A stretch of DNA of 64,000 nucleotides from Acidobacteriota bacterium (GTDB lineage: Bacteria > Acidobacteriota > CAIWXX01), in assembly GCA_040755995.1 (NCBI GenBank), contig JBFMAF010000036.1, positions 256,001-320,000 on the forward strand, read 5' to 3'. Of the stretch, positions 26,697-37,000 are shown piece by piece; the first letter of the stretch is position 1; every line of letters begins with the position of its first letter. A program made the translations under genes and the position numbers. The notes beneath the pieces were generated by a model. That model was not told where the DNA came from, did not search any database, and saw nothing but the letters and a program-made list of their open reading frames with translations.

Positions 26697-28034
26697 ATGA
26701 GACCGCGAGATTCACTCTGCCTTGCGTTGTTGACGGCGTGCCTCGCCGCGCTTTCTCTGCCCACGTGCGTCATCGGGCAGGATTCGGCCACACCCGCGCC
26801 CGCCGCCATCTCGCATTTCGATCCAGTGGCCGCGACGAATGCGTATCTGGCAACCGTGCCGCCCGACAAACGGGCTCGTTCCGACGCGTATTTCGAAGGC
26901 GGATACTGGCTGCAGTTGTGGGATTTCCTGCTGGGAGCTGGCGTAGCGCTCATCCTGCTTGCCGGCAGATTCTCAGCTCGGATGCGGGACCTGGCCGAGA
27001 GGCTCACGCGCCGGAAGCCGCTCCAAACGCTTGCTTACTGGATTCAGTATCTGCTCGTCATCACGATCGTTCTCTTTCCGATGACCGTCTACGAGGGGTT
27101 TTTCCGCGAGCACAAGTACGGGCTGGCGACTCAGAACTTCGGCTCGTGGATGGGCGATCAGCTGAAGGGCATCCTCGTCGGGCTTGTTCTCGGCGGTATC
27201 ATTGTCGCCGTCCTTTACGGCGTTGTCAGGAAGCTGCAGCGCACGTGGTGGCTCTGGGGGGCGGTTGTCTCGATAGTGTTTCTCGCTCTTGTGCAGCTGA
27301 TCGCTCCGATCTACATATCGCCGCTCTTCAACAAGTACACCAGGCTCACCGATCCAGCGGTCCGCGACCCAATACTGAGGCTGGCCCATTCCAATGGGAT
27401 CGAAGCAGATGATGTGTATGTCATGGACGCGTCAAGACAGACGACGCGCATCTCCGCCAACGTAAGCGGCTTTCTAGGAACCGAGCGGATTACGCTCAAC
27501 GACAACCTGCTGAATCGCTGCTCGCTCGGCGAGGTCGAAACTGTGATGGCTCACGAAATCGGTCATGCCGTCTTGCACCATGTTTACGGCGGGCTCTTTT
27601 TCTTTTCCGTGATCCTGGCAATCGGTTTTGCCTACCTGCGATGGGCATTCGACTGGGTGGTGAAACGGAAGGGGACGGCCTGGGGTATCAGGGGAATCGG
27701 GGACGTGGCCGGCCTGCCCCTTGTCGTGCTCCTGTTCTCGATCTTCTTCTTCGTCCTGACGCCAATCATCAATACGTACGTGCGGACGATAGAGGCCGAG
27801 GCGGACCTGTTCGCGTTGAATGCGGCCCGCCAACCCGATGCCGAGGCGCTGGTTGACCTGAAGCTCGGGGAGTACAGAAAGCTGGATCCGGGACCGATCG
27901 AGGAGTTCCTTTTCTTCGACCATCCGAGCGGCCGGAGCAGGATCTTCATGGCGATGCGGTGGAAGGCCTTCAACAAGGCGGCCGCAGCACAGGCGGGCGC
28001 GCCCGCCACTTCGCAGAATCAGCGAATGCAGTAG
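26697..28034 (+). CDS. M48 family (STE24-like) membrane metallopeptidase
   Basis: MAHEIGH, EAEADLFA, FFDHPS; signal peptide and multiple TM segments. Confidence 0.92.
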   Translation: MRPRDSLCLALLTACLAALSLPTCVIGQDSATPAPAAISHFDPVAATNAYLATVPPDKRARSDAYFEGGYWLQLWDFLLGAGVALILLAGRFSARMRDLAERLTRRKPLQTLAYWIQYLLVITIVLFPMTVYEGFFREHKYGLATQNFGSWMGDQLKGILVGLVLGGIIVAVLYGVVRKLQRTWWLWGAVVSIVFLALVQLIAPIYISPLFNKYTRLTDPAVRDPILRLAHSNGIEADDVYVMDASRQTTRISANVSGFLGTERITLNDNLLNRCSLGEVETVMAHEIGHAVLHHVYGGLFFFSVILAIGFAYLRWAFDWVVKRKGTAWGIRGIGDVAGLPLVVLLFSIFFFVLTPIINTYVRTIEAEADLFALNAARQPDAEALVDLKLGEYRKLDPGPIEEFLFFDHPSGRSRIFMAMRWKAFNKAAAAQAGAPATSQNQRMQ

Positions 28035-28045
28035 TCAGCTTTGTG

Positions 28046-28096
28046 GAGGGAGGCGCCCAGGAGCGCCGCACCGAGATCCTGGCACGCCTGACGCTC
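28046..28096. repeat. 51-bp imperfect direct repeat, copy 1 (copy 2 at 30358-30408)
   Basis: 46/51 identical by manual alignment; ends at the base adjacent to the phosphoesterase stop codon. Confidence 0.85.
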
Positions 28097-30292
28097 TTAC
28101 GGCTGAGAACTCTGGATGACCCTCGTGTAGGTGACGTTGCCGCTTTCGTCCATGTTCTGCGCGGTGGCGGTGTCACCGTCGATGGTCCACAGGGTCCAGC
28201 GGCCGTTTCCGGTCCGGACGCATCCGGAGGCTCCATCCAGCCACTGGACGATCCCCCCCACGGTGAAGCTGTCGTCGAAGATGTGAACGTGGCCGCAGAT
28301 GTAAGCGTCCACGCCGTGGGCTTGTAGGACCTGCCAGAACCTGTCCCGCTGGCTCTTGTACGTGCCGAGAGAAGCCACGCCGAGCCACGCTGGGCATGTG
28401 AGGATGGCTCCGTCGGCCCCCACGGCGGTGTACTCCGATGCCTTCAGTTCGTCAGGGAACCAGTGTTCGATCCCCAGGAGGTTCGACCTGGTGCCGGAAT
28501 TCTGGGAGACCCATTCGACACCGTCCTCGGAGGTGAGCACCGCGCCCCCGTCCCCCATGACGACAAAAATGTGTGCGCAGGTGACCGCGTTCAAGTTGGA
28601 TGATACACCCGAGACCTGCGGACTCCACCTCAGGGTGTCCTGGGATGTCAGGATGGTCCCCGCATCCCCCACGGCTGCGAAGAGGGGCATCCCACTGGCG
28701 GAGCCGCTGGTGACACCGCCGAGGTCCGCCGTCGTGGGTGAGGCCTGGGCCGTCCACGTCTTGGCATCGTGGGACGTCAGGATCGTCCCGCCGTTACCCA
28801 CCGCAATGTAGTATGTGTGACCGCCCTCCGTGGCGCCTTGCGTGACGGCGTTGAGGTTGTGGTTCGTGCCGGAGGTTTCGGCGGTCCATGTGACGCCGTC
28901 GGGGGAAGTGAGGATCGTGCCATCATTGCCCACGGCAACGTAGAGAGTGCTACCCGAGAAGACACCGTTTAGATGGTGCACCGTGCCGGAGGCGCGCTGC
29001 GTCCAGGTGCTTCCGGTGAGCGGGCAGGTCAAGATCGTGCCGGAGTCGCCCACGGCAACCAGAAGGGAGCCGGCGGCCACTCCCCGCAGCGTGGCGGTGG
29101 TTCCCGAAGTCTGTGCTGTCCAGTTCACGCCGTCCTCTGACGACAGGATCGTGCCGGACGACCCGACGGCCGCCCGGTTGGCGACGGCGTACAGGGTGGA
29201 CTGCGTTCCCGAGTGGCTGGCGGTCCACCGGATCCCATCCGGCGCCCACGCCTCGGGGTGCCCGAAGACGAAGATGTGGCGGACGAGCGCCTGCTGGGCC
29301 GCCGCGAGGTCCGCGTCCAGCCAGTCGATGACCGCGTCGTGCAGGTCGTAGAGATCGTCGTAGGAGGTCTTCGCGTTCGCGTCATAATGACAGGCGTCAA
29401 TGGAGGCCACGTGGGTGTTCTGGTAGGTGAAGGAAAAGGCCGTTCCGAGATAGCCCGGTGGGCCGTTCTGCGGCTGGCCCGGAAACTCCTGGTTGAAGAG
29501 CGAGTAAGGATCAAACGCAGGCGTACAGGAAGCGTCGTTCCCCGATCCCAGGCCGCTGCAAGCGGGGTGCATCTCATGGTTTCCGGGGCTGATTGTGAAG
29601 GGGTACTGAGTGAAGGCGGCCGTTTCGATCAGCGGCTGGATCGCAGCTTTGAACACGCTGTACATCTGCTGGGTGGTGGCCAGGTCGCTGTTCCCGTAGA
29701 AGAGGTCCCCCACGTGGATCGTGAAGGCCGGCCTCTTGGCGATGGCCGCGTTCACGATGTTCTGGAAGGATGGCGTCACATGCTGCGAATCGTCCTCCGC
29801 GGACCCACCCCGGTTGTCCCCCATGTCCGCAAACGTGAAGGGAGCATCGCTGTAATCAGCCGTCGTGAAGGTGTGATCCCTGGACTTGGCTCTTCCAGTC
29901 TTCACCTTGTAGTGGAAAGTCGTGTTCTGTGGCAGGCGGGTGATTTCCACGGAGTGATCCAACGTAGCCGCCCTTTCGGTGCGGGTCTTGGAGTAATGGC
30001 CCTTACTCGTTCCCCACTTGACCGACCCCGCCTTGGCCTTGTCCGTCGTCCACGTCACAGTGACCTTGCTTCCGGAGATCTTGTGGACTTCGGGTCCGTG
30101 CGTGATATGAATTCTGCTTCCGGTTTGGGCTATGAGAGGCAGTCCTGCTATCGATACCAGGACTCCCGCGGCCACGAGCGCCATGGAAAGCCACCTCAAG
30201 CTACGTGATCCACAATTCTGACTGACGGTCGTCCCCCGGTGCACCCTTCGCTCTCTCATGCGTCGCGTGCCTCCCTGAAGCAATGTTATCAC
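28097..30292 (-). CDS. Secreted purple-acid-phosphatase-like metallophosphoesterase with FN3 domain and inserted beta-propeller repeats (start may be 30259 or 30184)
   Basis: DMGD, VGDLFY, PGNHE, FGH and CGHVH motifs; (Y/F)xAVGxxGTILTSxDGxxW repeats. Confidence 0.85.
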   Translation of the reverse strand: MITLLQGGTRRMRERRVHRGTTVSQNCGSRSLRWLSMALVAAGVLVSIAGLPLIAQTGSRIHITHGPEVHKISGSKVTVTWTTDKAKAGSVKWGTSKGHYSKTRTERAATLDHSVEITRLPQNTTFHYKVKTGRAKSRDHTFTTADYSDAPFTFADMGDNRGGSAEDDSQHVTPSFQNIVNAAIAKRPAFTIHVGDLFYGNSDLATTQQMYSVFKAAIQPLIETAAFTQYPFTISPGNHEMHPACSGLGSGNDASCTPAFDPYSLFNQEFPGQPQNGPPGYLGTAFSFTYQNTHVASIDACHYDANAKTSYDDLYDLHDAVIDWLDADLAAAQQALVRHIFVFGHPEAWAPDGIRWTASHSGTQSTLYAVANRAAVGSSGTILSSEDGVNWTAQTSGTTATLRGVAAGSLLVAVGDSGTILTCPLTGSTWTQRASGTVHHLNGVFSGSTLYVAVGNDGTILTSPDGVTWTAETSGTNHNLNAVTQGATEGGHTYYIAVGNGGTILTSHDAKTWTAQASPTTADLGGVTSGSASGMPLFAAVGDAGTILTSQDTLRWSPQVSGVSSNLNAVTCAHIFVVMGDGGAVLTSEDGVEWVSQNSGTRSNLLGIEHWFPDELKASEYTAVGADGAILTCPAWLGVASLGTYKSQRDRFWQVLQAHGVDAYICGHVHIFDDSFTVGGIVQWLDGASGCVRTGNGRWTLWTIDGDTATAQNMDESGNVTYTRVIQSSQP

Positions 30293-30357
30293 GCCTACAC
30301 CGCCGCGGCTACGAGTCTTCAGCGGTTCGGGCCGTAGTCAGTTGACTGCGCGACGTC

Positions 30358-30408
30358 GAGGGAAGCGCCCAGGAGCGCCCTGCCGAGATCCTGGCACGCC
30401 AGACGCTC
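30358..30408. repeat. 51-bp imperfect direct repeat, copy 2
   Basis: gagggaagcgcccaggagcgccctgccgagatcctggcacgccagacgctc versus the copy at 28046. Confidence 0.85.
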
Positions 30409-30841
30409 GCCCGTGTCCCAGAGCACCACGGTGTGGCTCTTGACCAGGCAGGCGACAACCCCAGTGACCCGGTCCCGCGGGAGGAAGCGGCAGCTCACGA
30501 GCAATGGGAAGTCGCCGGCGGCCCGACACTATAGAGGACCCCTCGTCGTTCGTTGCAGAGGTAGGGCCTCCCGCTGGTCCCAGGCTTGCGAGGCGCCCGC
30601 TATTGGTGCTGCTTGCCCGACCGTTGTCGAGCAGATAGACCGAAGCTCCGGGCGCGTAATTGCTGCTTGCCAGGGGTGCGAACCTGCCTACCGATGCCAC
30701 GCACGGCAAGCGGAGGAGCTGGCCGCGACCGTGTAGGCCGGCGGAGCACGCCACGTGGCTGCGACCGCCAGATTGGCCAATTCTCTCACGGATTCCGCTC
30801 TTGAAAGTGTGACGATCACAACAATCGAGAAGGAGTGGCAC

Positions 30842-33019
30842 ATGAGAAAGCGGACGGTTGTTTGCGCGTTGAGCCTGTTGGCCTTGGCGGCTGGCGCCAG
30901 GTACCTCATGGTGAGGGCCGATCCGGGGCGGCATCATCCAGCGGGACACTCACATGGTGGAACCGGGGATATCGCCAAACTTGAGCAGGAATCGAGGGAG
31001 AGGGGCTACGGCGGCATGTTCCTGTGCCGGAAAACGGCAGGGGGCGTAGTTCAGGAGCTTCTCGGCCGCTTCACCTCCGACGCCCGAAGCGGATTCGAAA
31101 ACGCGGTCATCACTTTCGTGAAGGAGCAGAAGAGCCTGTTCGAGATACGCGATATGGATGCGGAATTCGAGAAGAAGTATGTATCTACGGACGGCCAAGG
31201 CATGATGCACCTGCGGATGCGCCAGATGTATAGAGGCCTACCCGTGCTCGACCGTGTCCTGATTGCCCGCGCGGACCGTGATGGATGTCTCAACTGGATA
31301 TGGACCAACTATCGGCCTTCGATCGACATATCCACCAGCCCAGTGGTGTCCCCCGAGAGCGCCGTCGAGAGCATTCGGGCCAGGAACGAGGCGGCGGATT
31401 CCAGAATGGCCCAGACAGACTTGGCGATATACGTCAACGACAGGCAGCGCCCAACACTAGTGCATCGCATATGGATGGGAATTGGGCTGGGTGCCTTCGA
31501 GTACCTGGTCGACGCGACCAACGGGAGGATCCTCGAGAAGACCCCCCTTTTCCGAACCGCGGCGACAAAGGGGACAGGGAGAAACGCACTGGGCCAGACC
31601 ATCACCAATCTGAACATGTGGCAAAGAGAGGACTTCCCTCGCGACGCAGATTGGGACAGCGAGATGATGGCGGCGAGGAAGGGCGCCTTCAACCTCGTCG
31701 ACCTCAGCAAGCCAAGACTTGGCGCCATATACACCATGACATGTTACAGGACGTGGTACAACCCCTGGGATTTCGTACGAAGTGCAAACAATCAGTTCTT
31801 CTCGGCCACCAGGTCCGACTCGCATCCGAGGGGTGTGAGCGTGCACGACTATTTCAGGCGGACGCTGGACTATTTCGACCATGAGCATCTCCGGAACGGG
31901 ATGGATGACCAGGGGCAGAATGTGATCGCGACCGTCGACACGGGTGACGATCCGAGAACGGGTGGTGATGAGAGTGCGAACGCCGCGTGGGAGAGTCGGT
32001 TCGAGAGGTTCTTTTTCGGAGTGTACGGCGGCGATCGTCCGTTTTCCGCCGCGCTGGATGTGGTCGCTCACGAGTACACACATGCTGTCACGGACCATAC
32101 GTCCAATTTGCGATACGAGAATCAGTCGGGAGCCCTGAACGAGTCCATCTCAGACATCTTCGGCACTCTGGTCGAACACGACAAGGATCCGAAGAGATCT
32201 GATTGGTTGATGGGCGAAGACTGCTACCTCTACGGTGATGCGGTGCGTAACATGGCAAACCCAAAGCAGTATGCGCAGCCCGACACCGTCGGGGGCCAGT
32301 ACTATGTTCCACCAACTCCATACCCAAGCGAGGCCAATGACTATGGAGGCGTTCACACTAACTCTGGGATTCCGAACAAGGCGTTCTACCTCATGTGCGT
32401 GGGAGGCACGCATAACGGCATCAAGGTTGCTCCCATCTACAACTACCCAGGGTACGAATGGTTCAGCGAATACATGGCAGGGTACTTTTTCTATGCTCTG
32501 GACTTGAGCCTGGCCCCGAGAGATGACTTCATGGCCGCGCGGAGCAAGATGTTGGCCTACCTCAGCGGCGGATACCCTGGGACGTGGGAGTACTACTCGA
32601 GCGTACAGAACGCCTGGGCAGCGGTCGGCGTCGGAAAGCCTTGGGACCAGTGGGAGCCAAACAACACACGGGCCCAAGCAACGCCACTGCGCAATCATGC
32701 GCAGACCGAAGGATACATCGTTTCGGATTACGATTACGGCGGTACCGACGATGAGGACTTCTTCAAGATCGGCCCGCTGGTCGGAAGCGTAGACATAAAG
32801 GCCACCCTCACCAACTTGCCCAAGGACTACGATCTTGAACTCTTGGACTACTCGGGGAATGTTCTCATACGGTCGGACAATGCGGGCACAGCGGATGAGG
32901 GGCTGGCGTACGGATATCGCGTGTACGGCTACCTGGCCTACTACCTATACCTTCGCGTCTATGGATACGATCACGCGGGGAGCATGGAGAAGTCTTACAC
33001 CCTGACGGCGACTTGGTGA
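30842..33019 (+). CDS. M4 (thermolysin-family) metallopeptidase with propeptide and C-terminal PPC-like domain
   Basis: NAAW, VVAHEYTH, GALNESISD, DYGGVHTNSGIPN; signal peptide; AAGGAG RBS. Confidence 0.93.
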   Translation: MRKRTVVCALSLLALAAGARYLMVRADPGRHHPAGHSHGGTGDIAKLEQESRERGYGGMFLCRKTAGGVVQELLGRFTSDARSGFENAVITFVKEQKSLFEIRDMDAEFEKKYVSTDGQGMMHLRMRQMYRGLPVLDRVLIARADRDGCLNWIWTNYRPSIDISTSPVVSPESAVESIRARNEAADSRMAQTDLAIYVNDRQRPTLVHRIWMGIGLGAFEYLVDATNGRILEKTPLFRTAATKGTGRNALGQTITNLNMWQREDFPRDADWDSEMMAARKGAFNLVDLSKPRLGAIYTMTCYRTWYNPWDFVRSANNQFFSATRSDSHPRGVSVHDYFRRTLDYFDHEHLRNGMDDQGQNVIATVDTGDDPRTGGDESANAAWESRFERFFFGVYGGDRPFSAALDVVAHEYTHAVTDHTSNLRYENQSGALNESISDIFGTLVEHDKDPKRSDWLMGEDCYLYGDAVRNMANPKQYAQPDTVGGQYYVPPTPYPSEANDYGGVHTNSGIPNKAFYLMCVGGTHNGIKVAPIYNYPGYEWFSEYMAGYFFYALDLSLAPRDDFMAARSKMLAYLSGGYPGTWEYYSSVQNAWAAVGVGKPWDQWEPNNTRAQATPLRNHAQTEGYIVSDYDYGGTDDEDFFKIGPLVGSVDIKATLTNLPKDYDLELLDYSGNVLIRSDNAGTADEGLAYGYRVYGYLAYYLYLRVYGYDHAGSMEKSYTLTATW

Positions 33020-33262
33020 CGGAAACGCCGTGGCGCTTGGGAGCCTCCTTAGCCATTTCGAAGGGCTTTGTCTTCTCTGAGATCGTGGGGGGCGCAACTC
33101 GGTATAGCGCGTACGGAGGTTGCGCTCCACTGCGAGCTTCGCGGCTTCGTGTGTCTTGGGTCGATCCGGCGCTCCGCTCAGGCTCGCGGACTCACGTCCC
33201 TCCTGCACCCTCCGTCTTGTGGCTGAACCAACAGACCCGCCGACCCGGCCGACTGCCTCGGA

Positions 33263-33291
33263 TTGACAAACCGCCCCTTACAATCGACAAT
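33263..33291 (+). promoter_or_regulatory. sigma70-type promoter for the ECF sigma gene
   Basis: TTGACA-N17-GACAAT, 9 nt before GTGATG at 33301. Confidence 0.55.
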
Positions 33292-33300
33292 TGCCTGATA

Positions 33301-33900
33301 GTGATGCACGCCGGAGACCACCTTGGGGATGATCTGACCAGGTTGCTGGAACGCTGGGGGAGCGGCGATGAGGCCGCTCGGGAGGAGCTGATGCGTCTCT
33401 TGTATGATCAGCTCAAGACCATGGCACACCGTTGTATGAGGAGCGAGCGCCCCGACCATACGCTCCAACCCACCGAGATCGTTCACGAGGCGTATTTGAG
33501 GCTCTGCGGGGTCCAGGGTCTTCGTTGGGAAAGCCGGGCCCAGTTCTTCGCGTTCGCAGCACAGGTGATGCGCCACATCCTCGTGGACCACGCGCGCAGA
33601 AGGAGAGCCGCGAAGCGATCCTGGGGGGTGGAAAGGCTCAGCGCAGAGATGCTGGCAGAACACGGCCGGGACAAAACCGTGGATGTGCTGGAGTTGGAGC
33701 GGGCACTGGAGCGGCTGGAGAAGATAGATCTCCGGCAGAGCCGTATCGTCGAATTGCGCTACTTTGCAGGTATGACGCTTGAAGAAGTCGCGTCCGTGAT
33801 TGGTGTCTCCAGTTCCACCGTCAAGACAGATTGGGACATGGCCAGGGCCTGGTTGAGGCGTCAGATGCGGCGCCAAGACGGGAATTCCACCGCGCGCTGA
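33301..33900 (+). CDS. ECF-type sigma factor, kinase-associated type
   Basis: HTLQPTEIVHEAYLRL, FFAFAAQVMRHILVDHAR, IVELRYFAGMT, VKTDWDMARAWL. Confidence 0.92.
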   Translation: MMHAGDHLGDDLTRLLERWGSGDEAAREELMRLLYDQLKTMAHRCMRSERPDHTLQPTEIVHEAYLRLCGVQGLRWESRAQFFAFAAQVMRHILVDHARRRRAAKRSWGVERLSAEMLAEHGRDKTVDVLELERALERLEKIDLRQSRIVELRYFAGMTLEEVASVIGVSSSTVKTDWDMARAWLRRQMRRQDGNSTAR

Positions 33901-33942
33901 CGGTCCGGTAGCGCTCACACCCCTCACGCACGCCTCCCAGGA

Positions 33943-33971
33943 TTGACACACACTTGCCACTGACGTATGGT
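33943..33971 (+). promoter_or_regulatory. sigma70-type promoter for the kinase gene
   Basis: TTGACA-N17-TATGGT upstream of AGGGGG and TTG 34005. Confidence 0.55.
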
Positions 33972-34004
33972 CCCGGGCAAACAGACCGGGCAGGGGGACC
34001 GAGT

Positions 34005-37000
34005 TTGACGCCAGAGCGATGGCTGGAGATCCGAGAGTTGTTCAGGGTGGCTGTCGAGCTGCCGCCCGGCAGGCGTGAACAGTACCTGGCGGAGCACTGC
34101 AAGGGCCATCCCGCGTTGCAGCACGAGGTTGACTCCCTTGTCGCGGCACTCCAGGAGGACCCGGACTTCCTTCACCAGCCGGCAGTGGAGCAGCTGTCTT
34201 CCGGCAGTGCCGAGGGGGCCGCAGCGCATCCGGAATTCACCGCAGGCGAGTTGGTTGCCGAGCGATACAAGATTGTTCGCTTCGTCGCCAGAGGAGGGAT
34301 GGGAGAAGTCTACGAGGCGGAGGATACGGAGCTGCGGACAAGGGTCGCGATGAAGACGATCCATTCCGCGGTGGCAGATCCTGTACATGCGATAGCGCGC
34401 CTCCGGCGCGAAGTCAACCTGGCCCGCAAGATCGCTCACCCCAACGTGTGCCGCGTGTTCGACGCCGGAAGACACCGGACTCGGACTACTGACGGTCGCA
34501 CCAAGGACACGGTATTCCTCACAATGGAGTTATTGGAGGGCGAAACCTTGGCACAGCGTATGGCCAGGGACGGACCGCTGCGGTTCGATCTCGCAGTCCG
34601 GATTCTGGCCCAGGTAGCAGAGGCGCTTCATGCGGCGCACACGCTGGGAATCGTACACCGCGACTTGAAGAGCTCAAACGTGATGCTGGTTGGACCGCCG
34701 GGTGGTGACGATGTGCGGGCGTCGGTCACCGATTTCGGCATGGCCAGAGGGATTTCCCCGCTCTTCGAGCACACTGAAACAATCACTGCCTCCGGTCAGA
34801 TAGTCGGAACTCCGGCCTACATGTCGCCGGAGCAGGTCGAGGGTAAGGAGGTGTCGCCTGCGAGCGACATATACTCCTTGGGCGTGGTCATGTACGAGAT
34901 GGCCACGGGGAGGCGGCCATTCGTCGGGGACACACCTCTTTCCACTGCACTGAAGCGGCTGACCCAGGCGCCGCCGTCGCCGCGCGTTCACACGCCCGAT
35001 CTCGACGGTCGCTGGGAGACGGCCATGTTACGGTGCATGCAACGGGACCCCCGAGAGCGCTTCACGACCCCGTTGGAGGTGGTCAGGTTGATGCGCGGCG
35101 AATCTGTGCCGGTCTCGCGCAAGGTGCGTATCCGGAGATGGACGGCTGCTGCTGCGGTGCTGCTGGCGGCCATTCTGGGATCTGTCTCGCTTTGGCTCAT
35201 GACCGCATCGCCCAGGACTCCTCGTCCGAGCGTCGCAGTACTCGGGTTCAGGAATCTGTCGGGACAACAGGACACCCGCTGGCTGTCCAAGGCATTCTCA
35301 GAGATGCTGAACACGGAATTAGGGGCGGGCGAAAAGGTCCGCCTCGTTCCGGACGAGGTTGTGGAACGCAGCAAGACCGAGCTGGGATTGCGGGGGGCCG
35401 ATAGCCTCACCGAGGATGCACTGGCTCGCCTGCGCGCCAACCTGAATGCCGACTTCGTCGTGGTGGGTTCATATGTCGCGTTGGCAAGGGGGGGCAGCAC
35501 GCAGATCCGCCTCGACACTCGGCTTCAAGATACTCGATCAGGCGAGACCATAGCACTGCATTCCGAAACTGGAACCGAAGACGATCTGTTTGGGATTGTT
35601 GCACGCAGTGGAAGGGAGCTGCGCGTGAATCTCGGGGTTCCCGATCCCAGCTCAAGCGAGATCGGCTCCATTCACGCCGCACTTCCCGCCAATATCGAGG
35701 CCGCAAGAATGTACGCGGATGGCCTGGAACTGCTGGAGCGATTCGACGCGCTTGCGGCCCGGGAGAAGCTCGAGAAGGCAGTATCCCTTGACCCGAGGTT
35801 TGCACTTGGGCATGCCGCGCTTTCCGAGGCCTGGAAGACGCTCGGATACGATGCCAGAGCCGCAAGAGAAGCCAAGAACGCCTTCGAGCTCTCTGGCGGA
35901 TTGCCGCGTGAAGACCGGCTGCTGGTGGAGGCACGCCATCGTGAAGCTGCCGGAGAATGGGACCAGGCAATCAAGATCTCCGCCGCGCTCTTCACGTTCT
36001 TCCCCGACAGCATCGAGTACGGCCTGCAATTGGCCGACCTGCAGACAACGAGTGGGGCTGCCGGCGAGGCGATGGCGACGCTCCGGGAAACGAGGGCGCT
36101 GCCTGCCCCAGCGCGGGATGACCCGCGGATTGATCTTGCAGAGGCGAGGGCCGCCGCCTCGGTGGCCGACTACCACAGGCAGCTAGCCCTGGCCACACGC
36201 GCCGGAGAAACCGGGCAGGCCCGCGGCGCCAAACTCCTGGTGGCCAGCGCCAGATTGGCCGAAGCCGATGCCATGTGGAGACTCGGGAGCCGGACCCAGG
36301 CAAGGTCAGCCGCCGAGGCCGCGCGAGCGCTCTACGACGGCGTGGGAGACACCGTCGGGAGCGCCCGATGCTCGCTGATGATAGGCAACATCATCGCCGA
36401 CCAAGGAGATACGGCTGGCGCGTGGAGGGCCTACCAAGACGCGGCAATAATGTTCCGGAACATCGGGAACAAGGCCGGAGAGGCGCGAGCCCTGGCCTCC
36501 ATCGGAGACTTGTGCCGGAGTCTGGGGAACGTCGCCGAGGCGAAGTCCCTGACCCGGCAGGCACTAGCGCTGTTCCAGGAACTCGAGGATCGGAGAGGAG
36601 TGGCCGGGTGTTTGAACACCATCGCGACCGACATCTGGAGTGAAGGCGACCTGGGTGCGGCACTCCGCGTCTACAAGGAATCCCTGGGCTTGGCTCGCGC
36701 CCTGAATGACGGACATAGCGTTTCCACCATGCTGAACAACGAAGCCAGCATCCTGACGGAGATGGGCCGTCTCACGGAGGCAGCTGATAGACTCCAGGAG
36801 GCCCTTGATACATCCACGGCCATCGGCGATCAAGCTGTGATAGTGGGGACGCTGATCAACCTTGGCAACGTGTTATGGAGCAAAGGAGAGCCCGCAAAGG
36901 CCCGTACGATGCTGGAGCAAGCGATTGCAATCTGCCGGAACACTGGCCACAAGACCTTCCTTGTAAGGGCCTTGAGTAACTCAGCCGGATTGCTCCTCGA

